Numbered from the whole stretch's first letter, positions 24,693 through 38,478 are shown. The stretch is DNA of 61,485 bases, filler included, from Perkinsus olseni (GCA_013115125.1; 5 parts of 5 records of this genome joined end to end with filler, not necessarily neighbours in it); one strand, 5' to 3'. Notes: a model not told the origin generated them from the sequence alone. A program made the numbers and translations.

Positions 24693-27600
24693 CGTGTGGT
24701 ACAATGGAGCCGTGATCAACCGCCAGGATTGCTTCGGCAAAACCACCCTGAAGGCGGCTTGGGTGGGGCATACCGACAGCACAGCTGCGCTGGGTGATTC
24801 TATCGGCACACGAGTAGCAAAGAAGGACCCGTTTATCCACAGGGAGAGCCCCGCCTGATCCTCCATCCACACCTGCGCCACATCCAATACCGATGAGAGA
24901 CCCGAGACCCCACTAGGGCTGATATCGTAGTAGCCCGAGGACCGGTCAACCACGCAGACATCCCGGCAGAAGGGGCACTTGGACTCGGTCGCTTTCTCAT
25001 CACTATCAGAGTACTTGGCGACATGTGAGGGAGTGAACATCTCCGTGACGAGGGCCGGCTCTTCGTTGCTAGCTGCAGGTAGGTCGAATCGAGGCGAACT
25101 CGCCTCTTCCTCTCGACGACTTGCAATGGGGAGCGACAAAGACGGCGCTGGTAACGGGTGGACGGAGCGGTAGTTCGTGACAACTACTGATCGACCTGCC
25201 TCGGATGCTTCGTCGGGCAGAGACTGGCTTGCACCTGAAACTCATCATCTTCAACATAACGTATCGAGCGCAAGGAGAAGCGTTCCCCCTTCTCCCGGGA
25301 AAACGAGAGGGCGGCCGAGCGGATAAATTCGACTGTGGTCCACTTCGGTTCTCTCAAGCAGTTCTGTTACCCACTACCTCCCCCACTGCGACATCTAGGA
25401 CTATCAGACTGGTAGCAGCCAAGATTATCAATACACAGACTAACGAGCAGGGAGGAAACTCTTAACCACGGATTGCGTGTACAATTCCAGTATTCACAGC
25501 TGTCTAACAACTCGAGCGCCCCTCTACGTCCCCCCACTGTGTACTACCAGCACGGCCTTGGTGCCTGCTCTCCCCGACAGAAGAGGCCGTCTGGGGCATC
25601 ATGAAGGCCCCTCCAGCTCCTCTGTACGTGACAGGTGATATCGAACTCGAGGCATCCTCCTCCGAGCCGCCAGTCTCCGTCGAGGAGCTCTTGGACATCT
25701 CCAGATGTGTTTTCCCGCTTCGCTCCGTCGACTCGAAGACGAAAACCGACCGTACCCCACCGCACACCCGAGTAAACTTCATCGAACCACTGTCCTGCTC
25801 TCGGAAGACTTCGCCGTTCCGCAGCAGAGCCAGCAGGACCACTCCCCCAGTTTCATCGCGGAAGAGCTGAATTTGCCTTAGAGGGCTCGGTAGGGCTTCA
25901 AACCGAACGCTCTTGCCGACAGTGAAGTCGCCCGGGCCGTTGAAGACGTAGGAGGTAGCTTCGGTCGAGGTAGCCACGACGACTTGGTTCCCTTCACAGG
26001 TAGCCAACGACCGCACCTCGGCAGCCGCCCAAACCTCTACACTGGCCAGCTTTGCCGTATAGTAGTCAAGTCGAGCACCCATGTCCCAAATCATCAACCG
26101 CCCACTGCTATTGAACGTAACACCATACTCCGCTAGACTGCACGCTGCCCGGACTCGACCCACTAGACGCTCATGTGCCACGTCGCCGAAGAGCCTCCAC
26201 TTGTCCCGCAGGATGCTGTAGACGGCAAAGCCCAGCTCGCCGCAGATCAAGACCCAATGGCCAGGCCGGCTCGCGAACACTCGAGGAGGCCAGTTGGTGC
26301 GCATGTACATGTGCGGGTAGGCCACGGCCTTCCACGAGCTATCCGTTCCCCTCGGCAGCAGCATTCTCTCGTGTGAAGCCAATAAAGGAACAGAAGGGCA
26401 GCTCACATCATCTCCATTGCCAGTGATGAAAGAGGGGTGCTCGAGTACAGCAGGGAACTTCACGACGTCACTTTCGTCAGAAGACCNNNNNNNNNNNNNN
26501 NNNNNNNNNNNNNNNNNNNNNNNNNNNNNNNNNNNNNNNNNNNNNNNNNNNNNNNNNNNNNNNNNNNNNNNNNNNNNNNNNNNNCCCCGTAGCCGCTTTC
26601 CTCTTCTCCGCGACCTCGGTCTCGCAGGAGCCAAACTTCGGAAATGCCCTCTACTTTAACGCTTATAGCAACGAGGCCGCTAGGCCCTCCAGCAGCGCAG
26701 GTTGCTACTACTCGATCCCTAGCCGGAGTTCCCTCGGGATGATTGGCCATAAACGACTCCGCTACTCGGGCGAGCGATCGATACTCTTCAAAAGCCAGGA
26801 TGCCATTCGCGGTCCGCTTCATCGTGGACAGGTCGACCTTGGGCGCCCGCTGTTTATAATGATCGGTGTCCAGGAGGAGTATCATGCTACTTGAAGTAGC
26901 CTCGGTCGGATAGGAAATGATGAACAATCTGTGACCAGCGCCGGGGATGAGAGAAAATCTCTCACTAGGTACGCTCAAAGTGCATTCGAGTTCGACAAGA
27001 CAGTGCAGTTGGCGTAGTTGGTGGGACCTGAGCATAAAGATTCGCCCTCAACTAGACCGAACAAGCAAGACTCGGATTCGACCCAGCAGCCTTTCGGTGA
27101 CTAGCCGGGGATATCACCCACTGAGCTAATCACACACTCTTCCCGAATAGCACCTCACATGCCGCTTAGTTCCGCCTTCATCGTCGTAGTCAGTGTCAGC
27201 CTCATCATAATCATAATCCGCCCCTCTCTTGAATTCCGCAGCATCATCTCCGAACTTCACCCGAAAGACGGCCACCAAATGCCGCGTCGACAGCTGCAAG
27301 AAGACTCTGCTAGAATCACCCGACCATGCATGTAACCTGATCGATTAATCAATCCACAACAACATGTCCTGCGCCTACTACTACCCAGTGAAGGTGGTCA
27401 GGCTCTCTTCGGCCGAGTCCAGTTCAGAGCCGGAGTGCCGAGCGTTGGGCTCTCGCAGTGTTGTACCCAGCATGGAGGCCGCACTCCTCAAACGATACAT
27501 GGGAGCCTGTTGCTGTTGGTAACCAGCTGCGTAGAATTGTGCCTGCGAACCAGATTCTGACACCTCTAGCTGATGTTTTCACTTGCAATCACACCTCTCG

Positions 27601-27770
27601 CCCTCCTAAAGTGACCACTGACAGTACTCGACCATTGGGGGCGGCTTGCATGCCCAGGATCGCAGCCGAACCGCCCGGACGATATTTGCTCAGACCGACT
27701 GATGTATTGAAGCCGAACATTGACTCTTAGGTACCGAGGCGAGAGAACTCTCCACAAAAAGGAAAACCAT
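24693..27770 (-). CDS. RIC1: RIC1 (Rab6 GEF complex subunit) homologue; 3' end lost in a gap, internal gap at 26487-26584
   Basis: WKAVAYPHMYMRTNWPPR...VLICGELGFAVYSILRDKWRLFGDVAHE matches the RIC1 signature (P..Y...NWP.R...G..G.A.YS....KW.LFG...QE). Start codon approximate. Confidence 0.78.
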
Positions 27771-28104
27771 CCTACAGAACAGAAACACTAAATCCAGTAC
27801 GATCACGCCGACCGGCCCCGTATCATTCGGTGATGGCAATACAGGCCACTGCAGTCCAAAGCAGGAAGCATCTTCACTAATAGACTATATAACGATGGTA
27901 GCCACCTTAACAACCAAACGGTTGCTCCGCGACTCCATACGAGCGACGCATACTGGCAGAAACACTTTCTTGGGCATCTACAAGCTAATCGCTCGTGATT
28001 CTGTACACCACCCTGCGTTCCGTCAGCCGAGTCATCGTCAATTTCACGCGCTCCAAAATTACATGGTTCCCTGGCATTATTGAGTTCACACATGGTCATG
28101 GTGT

Positions 28105-28168
28105 GTTCGAGAAATCAATTCTGAAACTCAAGACCGATTCTGAACCCGTATTTACGTGTGAGAATCAA
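28105..28168 (+). repeat. Dispersed GAATC/GATTC repeat, partial copy C
   Basis: GTTCGAGAAATCAATTCTGAAACTCAAGACCGATTCTGAACCCGTATTTACGTGT aligns to copies A and B. Confidence 0.6.
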
Positions 28169-28387
28169 GGTCCGGACTCGATTCAGTGAATACTCGGAAA
28201 ATACTGCGGGGAACTTCAGGCCCTTCAGGCCTCCCTCGAGCCCCTGTGAAGAGCACCACAGCCCAAAATGTCCCGCGCGCGGTTAGAACGCACGTTCGCA
28301 AGGAGTGAATCGCCTCGAAGCCGGGTGCTCGTCCACTACACCAATGATTCGAGAGTTACAGCTTCCAGCTTCCGTGTCACAGACGGG

Positions 28388-28572
28388 GTGTTCAGTAAAC
28401 CTATTCCGAAATTCAGAATACATTCCAGAATTAGTTTTGGCGAAATCGTGTTCAGTAAACTGCATCCAGAACAGATTCTGGAATGGGTTCCAGAATCAGT
28501 ACCCAACATGTTCAGTGAACTTCGGAATCGGTTCTGAAACGCATTCCAGAATGAGTTCTTTCGGAATAGGTA
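28388..28572. repeat. Degenerate 60-bp-period tandem repeat (3 units) containing a 12-bp inverted repeat
   Basis: (G/A)TGTTCAGT(A/G)AAC at 28388, 28448 and 28508; TTCCAGAAT recurs; ACCTATTCCGAA (28399) is inverted to TTCGGAATAGGT (28560). Confidence 0.7.
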
Positions 28573-28817
28573 AAACCTATGCTGAGAGTTTCGTGGCGCG
28601 TGACATCACAGCTGAGGACGGTCAATTTCGTAATGCCCATCCATAGTCCAGAGGCAATCGCCAGCGAGGATCGAACCTGGGCGGTACGAATGTCGACGCA
28701 CCCGTCTAACGCACTAGACTACTTGAATGAAGTTTGCCTGAGTTGTGTTATAACCTAGCGAAATCTTTTCTCGAGCGGCGTGCGCATCGGAAAAAACGGA
28801 TCGATCAACGGATGATC

Positions 28818-29044
28818 ATGATATTTGGTATGCGCGCACTGACCGCAGGCTGCATAATCGTGGGTTCACAATGGCAATCTTAGAGCTGACAGCTGAACCC
28901 GTCATTCTAGAACCAAACATCCGTGATTCGGCGAAACTGCAATAAACCCTACTCGATATGCGTGCCCGTGACGAGGGTAATGATATTTGGTATGCGTGCA
29001 CTGACCGCAGGCTGCATAATCGTGGGTTCACAATGGCAATCTTA
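28818..29044 (+). repeat. 65-bp direct repeat pair (28818-28882, 28980-29044)
   Basis: ATGATATTTGGTATGCG(C/T)GCACTGACCGCAGGCTGCATAATCGTGGGTTCACAATGGCAATCTTA; one mismatch. Confidence 0.95.
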
Positions 29045-31016
29045 CTAAAATGGCGTAAGACAAGAGAAGTGAGAAGAAGGCTAACATACAAGTCACCATG
29101 GAAACCAGTATGAGTAAATAGCCTGAGGATGTGCATTGACATGGTCGTGCCACGAGTCACCAGCGAGGGGGACGTGCGTGTGCGGCAGGTTCGGTCTATA
29201 CTTGGTACCAGAAAACCCGGCCGCCTCCCGGCGACGATGACGCGTATAGACCTAGGGGGATCTGGTACCATTGATCAGAGGCAGTCTGACTGATTCAGTG
29301 TTGCTCCGAATAACTGCAAAACGCAACTCCTCAACCCAACGCTTGTTGCTCAAGACTTTCGACTGAAGAGTCAGTAATGGCTGCGCAGGGCCAAAACCGA
29401 AAATAGTTCGTTTGGGCGCGCGCAGAAAACGTGCGCAGCGCAGTCGGGAGCCGTCGGGCGGTTTCGGGAGGTCACTGGTGGTAGCGGACCCGGTGCTTGG
29501 TGATAGGAGACCCATAGGCCGCGCGTCAGGGGAAAAGTGGCGGTGGCCATCGGTGGCGAGCCGAGTCATCTCAGCTGACTGACCTGCTACCACCATGAAA
29601 TCATGCACGTGTCCCGTGATACACCATTGTGTACAGTACCCACCCGGGGATCGTGCAAGGTGATGAGCACTCCGCGGAGAGAAAGCTGACGTCGAAAGCG
29701 GGCCGTGAAACCGATTCGTGTAGGATCGGGGCGTGGATGTGCAAGCAGTCTCCTGTAAACTATCGGGAGCTCAATGGTACTTTCCTACAGTGGTAAGGTT
29801 GATCCTTCCAATGCCGACAGTTAATCATCGGAGCATCAGCTCCTGCGGCGTTGATGTCCGTCCTACCCCTTGGCAACGCGATGGGCTCCGCCGGTCAGGC
29901 TCGCCGCGCCTCCGCTAACACGTTAACCGCTTTTGCTGTTTCGCCCCTATCCCCGTCCGCCACAACCGCTTCGCCCTCATGACCTCCCTCCGTTCGTTGA
30001 TGTGAAGATCGAACACTTCCGAAGGCACGGGACGTTCGATGCGAAATGCTCTTACGGCAGCGTTCCGGGGAGCGAGGAAAACTGGAAATCGTCGATGGAG
30101 GTTCGCGTCTGGAGTGAATTAAGTACCGGGGATCTTGTTCGCCCCAAAACCGGCAAGCGGGAGGGGTTTAAGGACCAGCTGGAAGGCCCAGGTTTGTTTT
30201 CAACAGGTTGTGTCACCTTTTTCATCGGCTGTTTACTGTTCCGTCATTTCGCCGCTTCCACTACTAAGTGCTGTATCGCAGGGTGCTCAAATGTGTTACC
30301 TTCCTCAGTGGTCGGCGTGCTCTTGATGGATTTCAAATACATGGTGAGAAAAGAACGTTTCATGATATTTTACCGTGCCACACTGGTCAAGATCCGATCC
30401 ATAAGCTTGATAACTCGGCCTTTGGCAAGGAGCTGGGCCATCTGGAAAAGATTACAAAAACGCTCAACAATCGCTACAGTGAACTACATGCTAGTTTTGT
30501 ATCGCTGTGGAGAGCGTGCGAGACAGTAAGAGGGACCATGACGGAGAAATGAGGAAAACTTGATAATATGTGCGATGTGCATCACGACGTGGCCAACAAG
30601 ACCACCGAGACTGTTGAGAAATTGAACTGGGGATTTAAAGAGTTTGAGGACCGCATAACGATATCCGATAGGAATGAAGAAAGTTGGGGGGGAGCCACTC
30701 TAGTCGTAGGATGCCGATCGGGGCCACAGTACTCATTTATCAAGTTATTTTGCCATTGCCGCATTGACGACGGATTGCACAACGCTGGGGAGGAGTCTGA
30801 TGATCATGATGCTGTGATAATGTATGATATTTATTGACGGTCTCTGTTGTTGAGTTCATCAAGGTGAAGTTACGATAATATTAGCAGGCCAATGCGGCAA
30901 GGCTGCCTTGCGAGGGAAGAATAGCCTAATCATAAGTTTTTATTGACGTCACATTGCGAGCCTCCGCTACTGCTACCAACCACCAGCGGCTGCGGAGCGA
31001 AGATTCCTCGAAAACT

Positions 31017-33104
31017 ATGGAGAAGGTAGTGATGGTCGTGGAGGGAAGAGAAAGGAGAGGTCTCATGCTCGGTCTTATTCAGTCGCGAGTAGTGGACATA
31101 CAAAGGGTTGACGAACTTCCAACTGTGTATGGAAGGTAATGGTACGATTCACCCGCCAGTGGGATGCTGGTGGTGATGCTAGGTCGACAGCCTCTACGGA
31201 AAGCCTAATGGACCCGACCGACGTTCACATCGCCGACGTGGCTTCGTCGCTGGGCTCCTCTGATACATCAGACGCTGGCAGTCTAGAGCACGATACCACG
31301 CGGCACAGGCATATGACCTGCGGATGGGACTCGGACGTTGACCGCTCGGTAGTACCCTTGTCAGCTGTTATGCGATGCATCGGGATTGCTCGGTCTTAGA
31401 TAGAGGACGCTGAGAGCGTCGTGACCGGTTCTGAGGCGCACACAGTGATGGAGGACTTCCCGCAGGCGGCTGAGGACGTGGATGAGCAGAGTAAACTGAC
31501 TGAGAAGGTCGGACAGTGTTGCGGGGTATCCAGCTGATAAGAAGGTTATTTGACTTTCTTAGGTACCGGAGCTTTTGGAGGCTATGAACTCATCGGCTGA
31601 ACGATTGAATGCTCTCGAGAGGGAGCTTAGCACGATTGAGAGGCGGAGACATCATCTAGCGACGGAATGGAGGAGGAGAAAGCAACAGCTTCTACCTGTA
31701 ACGCTGGGAAGGTTGGATTTGGTTATGCATTTGACCCAGTTGACGCCCCTCGGAATGAGTGTCTGAATACTCTTGCTCTCGCTGAGGGGAGAGCTGCTGA
31801 GTAGATGGTACTGAAATTGTCCTAGAAATCGCTACTATTCAATCGGATTCTGCAGCGCGCTCAACAGCCGCCCCCCATTAGGAACGTTTCGGTCGATTTT
31901 TTTCACGCCTCAAGAGTTCAGAAATAATTTAGTCCACACCCATTGGTGACTACTGTATTATATTCATGCTCAGCTCATCGGTCGATCGGTCTTGGAGAGA
32001 ACTAAGGCCTATTACGAAGCCTGTGCTGCTCTGGGAGATTCTCAACAGGTGGGCAGTGACAGTGGGAAGATCACAGCCTCGTCAATTCACTCGTATCGTT
32101 CAGGCAGTCCATGCGGCGACCGGCCAGTTCAAGAAGGCTGTGGAGGAGGTGGATAGAATAAAGAGACTTATGGCAGGGGCCGAGGAAGGTCATAATCGGA
32201 AGGGGTTGCTTTCATCTCCTAATCGACACCTTGAACGCTCCTCATCGACCAGAGCTTCTGTCCAATTCAGAGTTCGCCGTCGACGGAGAGGTTGACGATG
32301 ACGAAGCTGGGTACGTCAAAACCCGGGAGTCCTGTTCCACCGGCAGCACCGTGGGAGATGATAAAGAGTAGTACGCGCTCCTGGTTTATTACATCGATCT
32401 GCCGGGTGGATGTGTCCACTTTTGGCGGTCATACTGACAACTCACGTATTGATTATCCGTAGCTCTGTCGAGCCCAGTCCTAATGCTAAGCCGGCCAGGC
32501 CGAGAACGAGCAGTAGCATCGTTCTCAAGACTACGGACGAACAGGTCGTACCTCCACAGCCCGCAGCGCTCACAACGGCCATAGTCCTTCAGGTCCGACT
32601 GGCTGAACTCTCAGAGAAGTTACTGGCCGCTCAGTCGGCACGTGACGCTGCTGAACGCTCTTGTCTGACGAGAACATCCGAGTGAGTGCTAGCCGGCGCC
32701 CAGGCTTTTTGGGTCCTCAGAAAGTAATTGATGCTCGCTTCTCCATTGGTTAGGTACCGGTCAATTCAAATGCTCATTGCTCGGATAAGGCGGGACACAA
32801 CCGAGCGAGCTATAAAGAAGGCCGAGCCGTGGTACAGCGACTTCGCCAAGTAAGAGGCGCTCATGTCTTGCTTTTGGTATGGCCGGTTCTCAGGTCATCA
32901 GCGCTCAGCAATAAGGAGCTCGCCAAGGCTGGTAAGGTGAAGGCAGCCATTCGGGCAACGAAAAAGGAGTATCATGAGGCAATGACATCACTCGAGCGGA
33001 TATCCAATCAAGTAGCATATTCTCCACTTGACCGAGGAGGAGAAATGTGTCCGCAGGTCCACGAACTCCGGCGAGGCAGCGTCGTTGCTGAGGAGGGCAT
33101 TTAG
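31017..33104 (+). CDS. SH3BP5/Parcas/REI-1-like coiled-coil protein (putative Rab11 GEF), multi-exon
   Basis: LEAMNSSAERLNALE, RAIKKAEPWY and TKKEYHEAMTSLERISNQVHELR match SH3BP5-domain motifs. Start uncertain. Confidence 0.72.
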
Positions 33105-33192
33105 GCCTCACACGATGAGAACTGTTGGTACACTGTCGAATAGGTATTTACCATAATTGTATTATTAACTAATGTCCACTACGACCCTTGAG

Positions 33193-33219
33193 CTACTACT
33201 ACTACTACTACTACTACTA
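33193..33219. repeat. (CTA)9 microsatellite
   Basis: Perfect CTA run between the SH3BP5-like gene and the kinesin. Confidence 0.9.
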
Positions 33220-33285
33220 TTCTTCTGCTACTTCTGATATTTTAAGGCCAAATCGTTAGTCGTAGAGTTGAAGTCACTGGTCAAG

Positions 33286-36200
33286 ATGGGCAGAAACGTC
33301 CCAGCTATGACCGTCGATCAGGCAATACCGGGAATACAGGAAATACCGCCGGCCGGTGGAGATTTCAGTGTGGGCTTTTAGTGTGGTCTTGGGTGCACAC
33401 GGTAAACGGCTGTATGCCGTGTGTAGGTAGCTGTGAGAGTGAGACCTCCATTGAGGAGAGAGCTTGTGGCTCCTGGCTACTGCCATGTGGTCTCGATAAA
33501 TGGACCACAGCTAACCCTCAGCGAGGTACATCTATCAATACCATCACCTTCCACTGACTCTTCTGCTCTGTATCGTGCCACTACCGGAATTGACTTCCAC
33601 GTGGGAGTCGGCCGAGTTCAGGTTGTCTGTGCGACGCTTCCGCCGTCGAGCGGTACTTCATCCCTTCCCGAGCCCAACTTCACCCGAGGGCCAGAGCCCC
33701 ATGACCGGCATCACCAAATCCTAGCGAACCATGTTTTCACTTTTGATACCGTGTAAGGCACTGGACGAGCGCGTGGCCATTCTAGAGGGCGTGGCTCATG
33801 ATAACATCAATCCGAGCATGATCTGAGTTGATGACCATCGTAGGGAGTCTAGCAACGCGTGGCCTCCCGAATAACAAAATGATGACGCGAATCCGGCTGG
33901 CTAGGGATATGCTGTCGATACACAGCACAGCAGGGGCCTGTAGTTACAACGAGGACTCTACTCAGCCTGAGGTGTATGAGCGTACGGCTAGGAAGGCAGT
34001 GAGAAGCGTTCTACAAGGGTGGGAGACGCCAGTGAGAAACAGCCGCCGAGTAGATGGATAGGTACAACGCTACCATACTGGCGTATGGTCAGACTGGCAC
34101 TGGCAAGACGCATACGATGGAAGGCTTCGTTACGGACTACTATCATGACTCTCAAAGGGGAATCATTCCTAGAAGCATGGCGGAGATCTTCGAGTAGCAT
34201 TACGAGAAGCCGCGGCCCTGTGGACCCGCGTTGGGTCAGATACACGAGCTGTCATGACACTTCGTCGACCTTCGTCATAAGGGCCTCCTACCTACAGATC
34301 TACAATGAGACAATCTCCGATCTGCTGCCGGCCGCCGATGCAACAGCAACTCTGAGCATCCGGCAGGACAGGCGCCGGGGCGTGTACGCGAGCCGCTTCA
34401 CAGGGAAGGCAGAGCATCGGACTCCGCAGTTACGTCGATGGCTTGACCGAGTATGTCGTCCGCGAGCCCGAGGAGGTGTACACGTTGATTCGGCAAGGCA
34501 ATGCATCAAGGGCTATCGCTACTGTGAGAGGTGACGCCTGGACGAGAGTTCGACCGTGCTATTGATTCAGACAAAACTCAACGACGCCTCCTCACGATCC
34601 CACGCAGTGTTCGTGATACTTGTGGAGATGTGCGATGAGAATGGCACTGTGAAGGTGAATGCTGAGCTTCGTTGGTCATGCGTGAAGGCTGGCCGGCAGG
34701 TAGGAAAGCTGAATCTGGTGGACCTTGCCGGCAGCGAACGAGTCCGACTAACCGGTAGACCGCAACTGTCTCTTTTCTTGTTGTGATGACCATCTAATGC
34801 AGGGGCCACGGGAATCCGACTGGAGGAGTCCAAGAAGATCAATCAGTCCCTATCAGCCTTGGGGAACGTCATCGCAGCCCTCACTGAGGCCAGCCGAGGT
34901 AGGAGTGGATGATCGACTTTTAGCGTTACCAATGTTTTTACAGCGGAGGCTATGGCATCCGGTTCTGGTCGAAGCCATATCCCCTACAGAGACTCGAAAC
35001 TGACCCGGCTCTTGGAAGACTCCCTCGGTGGCAACTGTATCACCGCAATGGTTGCGATGATCTCACCGGCGGTGAGTCATCACAACACCTCCCCCTGACC
35101 ATTCGGTAGAGAGAAAGACACATGGCTGATCGCTGAGTATATTCAGTGGACTCAACCTAATCGTCTGGTCTATGCGAATCACGTTCTGAAGATTCGTGCA
35201 ATTTACCATCTCCGATGTGTACTGTACGATTCTGTTTCCACTCAAAATACGTTCTGACGGACCTCCAGCGAAACTCCAGCCGTCTGGATGCTTTGCTCCT
35301 CGGTAGGCCGAAGCCTTCGGAGAGTCGTTGTCAACACTTAAGTTCGCTAACAGGGCGAAAAGCATTCGTAACACTCCGGTGCTGAACGAGTACGTGTCGG
35401 ACCAAGAAGCCCTTATACGCAAGTAACTCAGAGAATACAGAAGTTCGGATGCGCCCTGGGAGTACAGGTACGAGGCAGAACTTCAGAGGCTGCGAAGTGA
35501 ACTGGCCCAAAAGTCGAGTGTTAGCGTGAGCGATCGACAACTACAGATGGTAATGAAGTACCCAAGAGGATCAAGGAAAAAGGTATCTTAGGTTGAAGAA
35601 GGGAGGCGACAGGCTGAACAGGACCAAGCAAAAACCTATCGTCAGTTGCAGTACGCCAGCAGGTAAGACTGGCGCACAGCGGTTCATGAAGGGTAGTTGG
35701 TAGGGAGTTTGCAAGAGAGAAGCAGTCCAACGAGGCCCTCACTGAGCGTGTTCGGCAGCTCCAGAGCCAGCTGCAGCACCCGGCTTTGAACGACGGCAAC
35801 CAGGAGTATTTGGGGCAACTACGGCAAGCCGGGGAAGCCCTGGAGAGGGAGCGTGAAGCTTTAGAGACAGACAAGCTTCAGCTGGACAGGTGGCTCTCCT
35901 TTGTGGCGAGTCGGTAGCGTGATATCTCAGGTACAAGACGCTATTGGTCAAGCAGAGAGATATCATGCTCGCACTCACCACTCGTTTGGACGACCGCGAC
36001 CAGACGGTTTTGCGGTTGCAGCGTTTGGGGGAAGATCAGGAGAAGGAGGCCCGTCGGCTCAGAGTACAGAAGTTTTCTTCGACCCACGTCCGATTGAAGG
36101 GTTGATTCGTCAGGAGAGAATCGCAGAGCTCGAGGCCGGGGAGCGGCAGAACTGCAGAACGGGGAGAACTGCTCCCTACCGGTCACCGAACGCTGATGCC

Positions 36201-36726
36201 CTCATGGACCGAATAATGCATCGGATTGGGCAAATCATATCGCCCGAAACTATAAGGGACCAGTTGCAGCAGGTAGGTTGCCTCCCTGACTGTGCCAGAC
36301 CTCATGAGACTTCAGGACATTCTTGCACTTCATCGAGAGTTGTGCCCGGATAATCACCCACTGGACTATGGCGTATGGGGGTCGAGTAACAGCAGACGAA
36401 TATACAGCAGCAGTCCCACAGAGCGTGGTAGCCTCCGGAGTGCACGCCCTTCATCAACAAGAAGCACTGCGTCACTACACGGAACCCCGACACTCTCTTC
36501 TCGCTCGAGCTACCGTCCGATGTCGCTACGCCACGCTCGTTCACGATCAGCGGACATCAGTCGTGTGTCGGCATTCTATTCTGATACCTCTCCTCACGAA
36601 CGAGGGAGTCTTTGGGCCGCCAGTTCGCCTCGAAGCCCCTCCCAGCGATCGACCGCGAGAGTAAATGTTGAGCATTTGTTAGCAAAGCGCAAGGCGGAAC
36701 TCATGATGATGAAGAATGGGTCGTAA
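33286..36726 (+). CDS. Kinesin motor protein (N-terminal motor, coiled-coil tail), multi-exon
   Basis: VAVRVRP, FTFD, P-loop [68 protein letters not shown]. Confidence 0.96.
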
Positions 36727-37006
36727 CCATTGTCACTTTTATAGTGTTAGAGTTATTGTATGACCGATTCGAATCGAATCATTCGATGGCAACTCCTAAC
36801 GAGGTGGCGTACCCCATTGCGATGAATTAGAGGACCATCCCTGAACTATTCAAAGCACGATTAAACACATTCTACAACCACAAAGAATAAGTGAATTCGT
36901 TGTTCGNNNNNNNNNNNNNNNNNNNNNNNNNNNNNNNNNNNNNNNNNNNNTTAATTAATTAANNNNNNNNNNNNNNNNNNNNNNNNNNNNNNNNNNNNNN
37001 NNNNNN

Positions 37007-38478
37007 CAGCCCATCAGCCGCCATCTTGCTTCCCGCTGTAGATTGCTGATGCTGCCCACATCCTGTCCGATATATCTGGCTTTATCGTCTCATTGATCGC
37101 CATCAAATTGAGCGCTAGGAAGCCTAATTCTGAATACACGTAGGCTGCCTTTGCTGCTCTCTGGTGCTTCTGTTACCGCCTCTTATGCTTCCTAGGTATG
37201 GGTACTGGCAGGCTGAGGTCATCGGCGCACTCTTGTCAATTATGATAATCTGGACTACCACGATTATCCTTTTTATTGAGGCCATTCAGCGATTCATCAC
37301 TCCCGAGGATGTGGAGGGGGTTGTGATGTTCAGCCTCGGGGTGAACGCCTGCCATGACGAAGTCCTTGCCTTCATTACTGTTGTTTGGATGGCAGGTTGC
37401 TGGCCTAGTCGTCAATATCATCATGATGCTAGTTCTTGGTCATAACCACAGTCATGGTCATAGTCATGGTCATAGTCATGATGACCACTCCCATGCTCAT
37501 GGTGAAGACCATACAACAGAGGATCCTCATTCTGCAGTGGAGGAAGGTGATACATTGTCTTGGTTTCCTCGCTGCCGCACTCCTCCAAGTTCCGGAAGCC
37601 TGTGAGCCGGGAATCCCTCCATACTCATCAGGTGCTGCCTCCGCCCATCATCGCCGTCGTCGTAACCTCGCCCTCGACGCAGCCTTCATCCACGTACTGG
37701 GAGATCTTGTAGCTATCCTCGCTGCTATCCATCCTATCATCATACTCCTTCGCCAGATACAATCTGTTGGGGTCGTCATAGCCGCCGCCCTCATATGGTG
37801 GAAGCCTTTCGATATCGGCTCTACCTCTGACGGTGTGTCCCACTGGAAGTATGTTGTGAACCGATTAGTCCTCGGTGCTCCTCCTCACTACTTGTTCAGT
37901 TACTTCGACCCCATCTGTACGGTCATATTCTCCGTCTTGGTTCTCCTAACAACCACTCGTAAGCCTACTCAACTGTCGCCCCTCGCACGGCATGTCGATT
38001 CATTGAGGTACCCTGAGGAGGTCTCTACGTGCCTTGATGCATAAAGCTCCCGAGCATGTGGACGTCCACCTATTGCAGACGAAACTTAGGGAGATACCAT
38101 ACGTTGATTGCGTACTGTCTACTACCGGTTCTGTGCTGCCTTCTCTCTGGTAGCTGCCATTTCGAGTAGGTTCATGACGTCCACGTATGGAATGTCGGAT
38201 CGGCCAACGCCATCTGTACTGCTCATGTCGGGCTGAAAGGATGCGACAACTGCAGTAGGATGGCCTCACCACTACAGCCGGACGTGAATACCATCACAGG
38301 TGCGGTATTGGCCGAAGCAAAGGCGGTCGCCAGCGATATGGGAATATCCCATTCGACTTTTCAACTCGAGGCATGCTCGGAGGATATCGACGAAAAGGAG
38401 AGAAGGGTGAGGAAGGAGGCAGCAGCTGGAAATCTCAAGACCTTCTTCCGTTTACTCTCAGGAGACATGTTGCCATAA
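37007..38478 (+). CDS. Cation diffusion facilitator (ZnT/MTP-type zinc transporter), 5' end lost in a gap
   Basis: [20 protein letters not shown], His-rich loop [50 protein letters not shown]. Confidence 0.93.

Noticed and set aside
28388-29044. CRISPR-like repeat-spacer reading of the repeat island
   Set aside because: Eukaryotic context, too few or too short repeats, spacers related to each other, no cas genes.
29933-30837. Overlapping ORFs with coiled-coil-like stretches, possible retroelement remnant
   Set aside because: No gag, RT or integrase motif; stops and frame changes.
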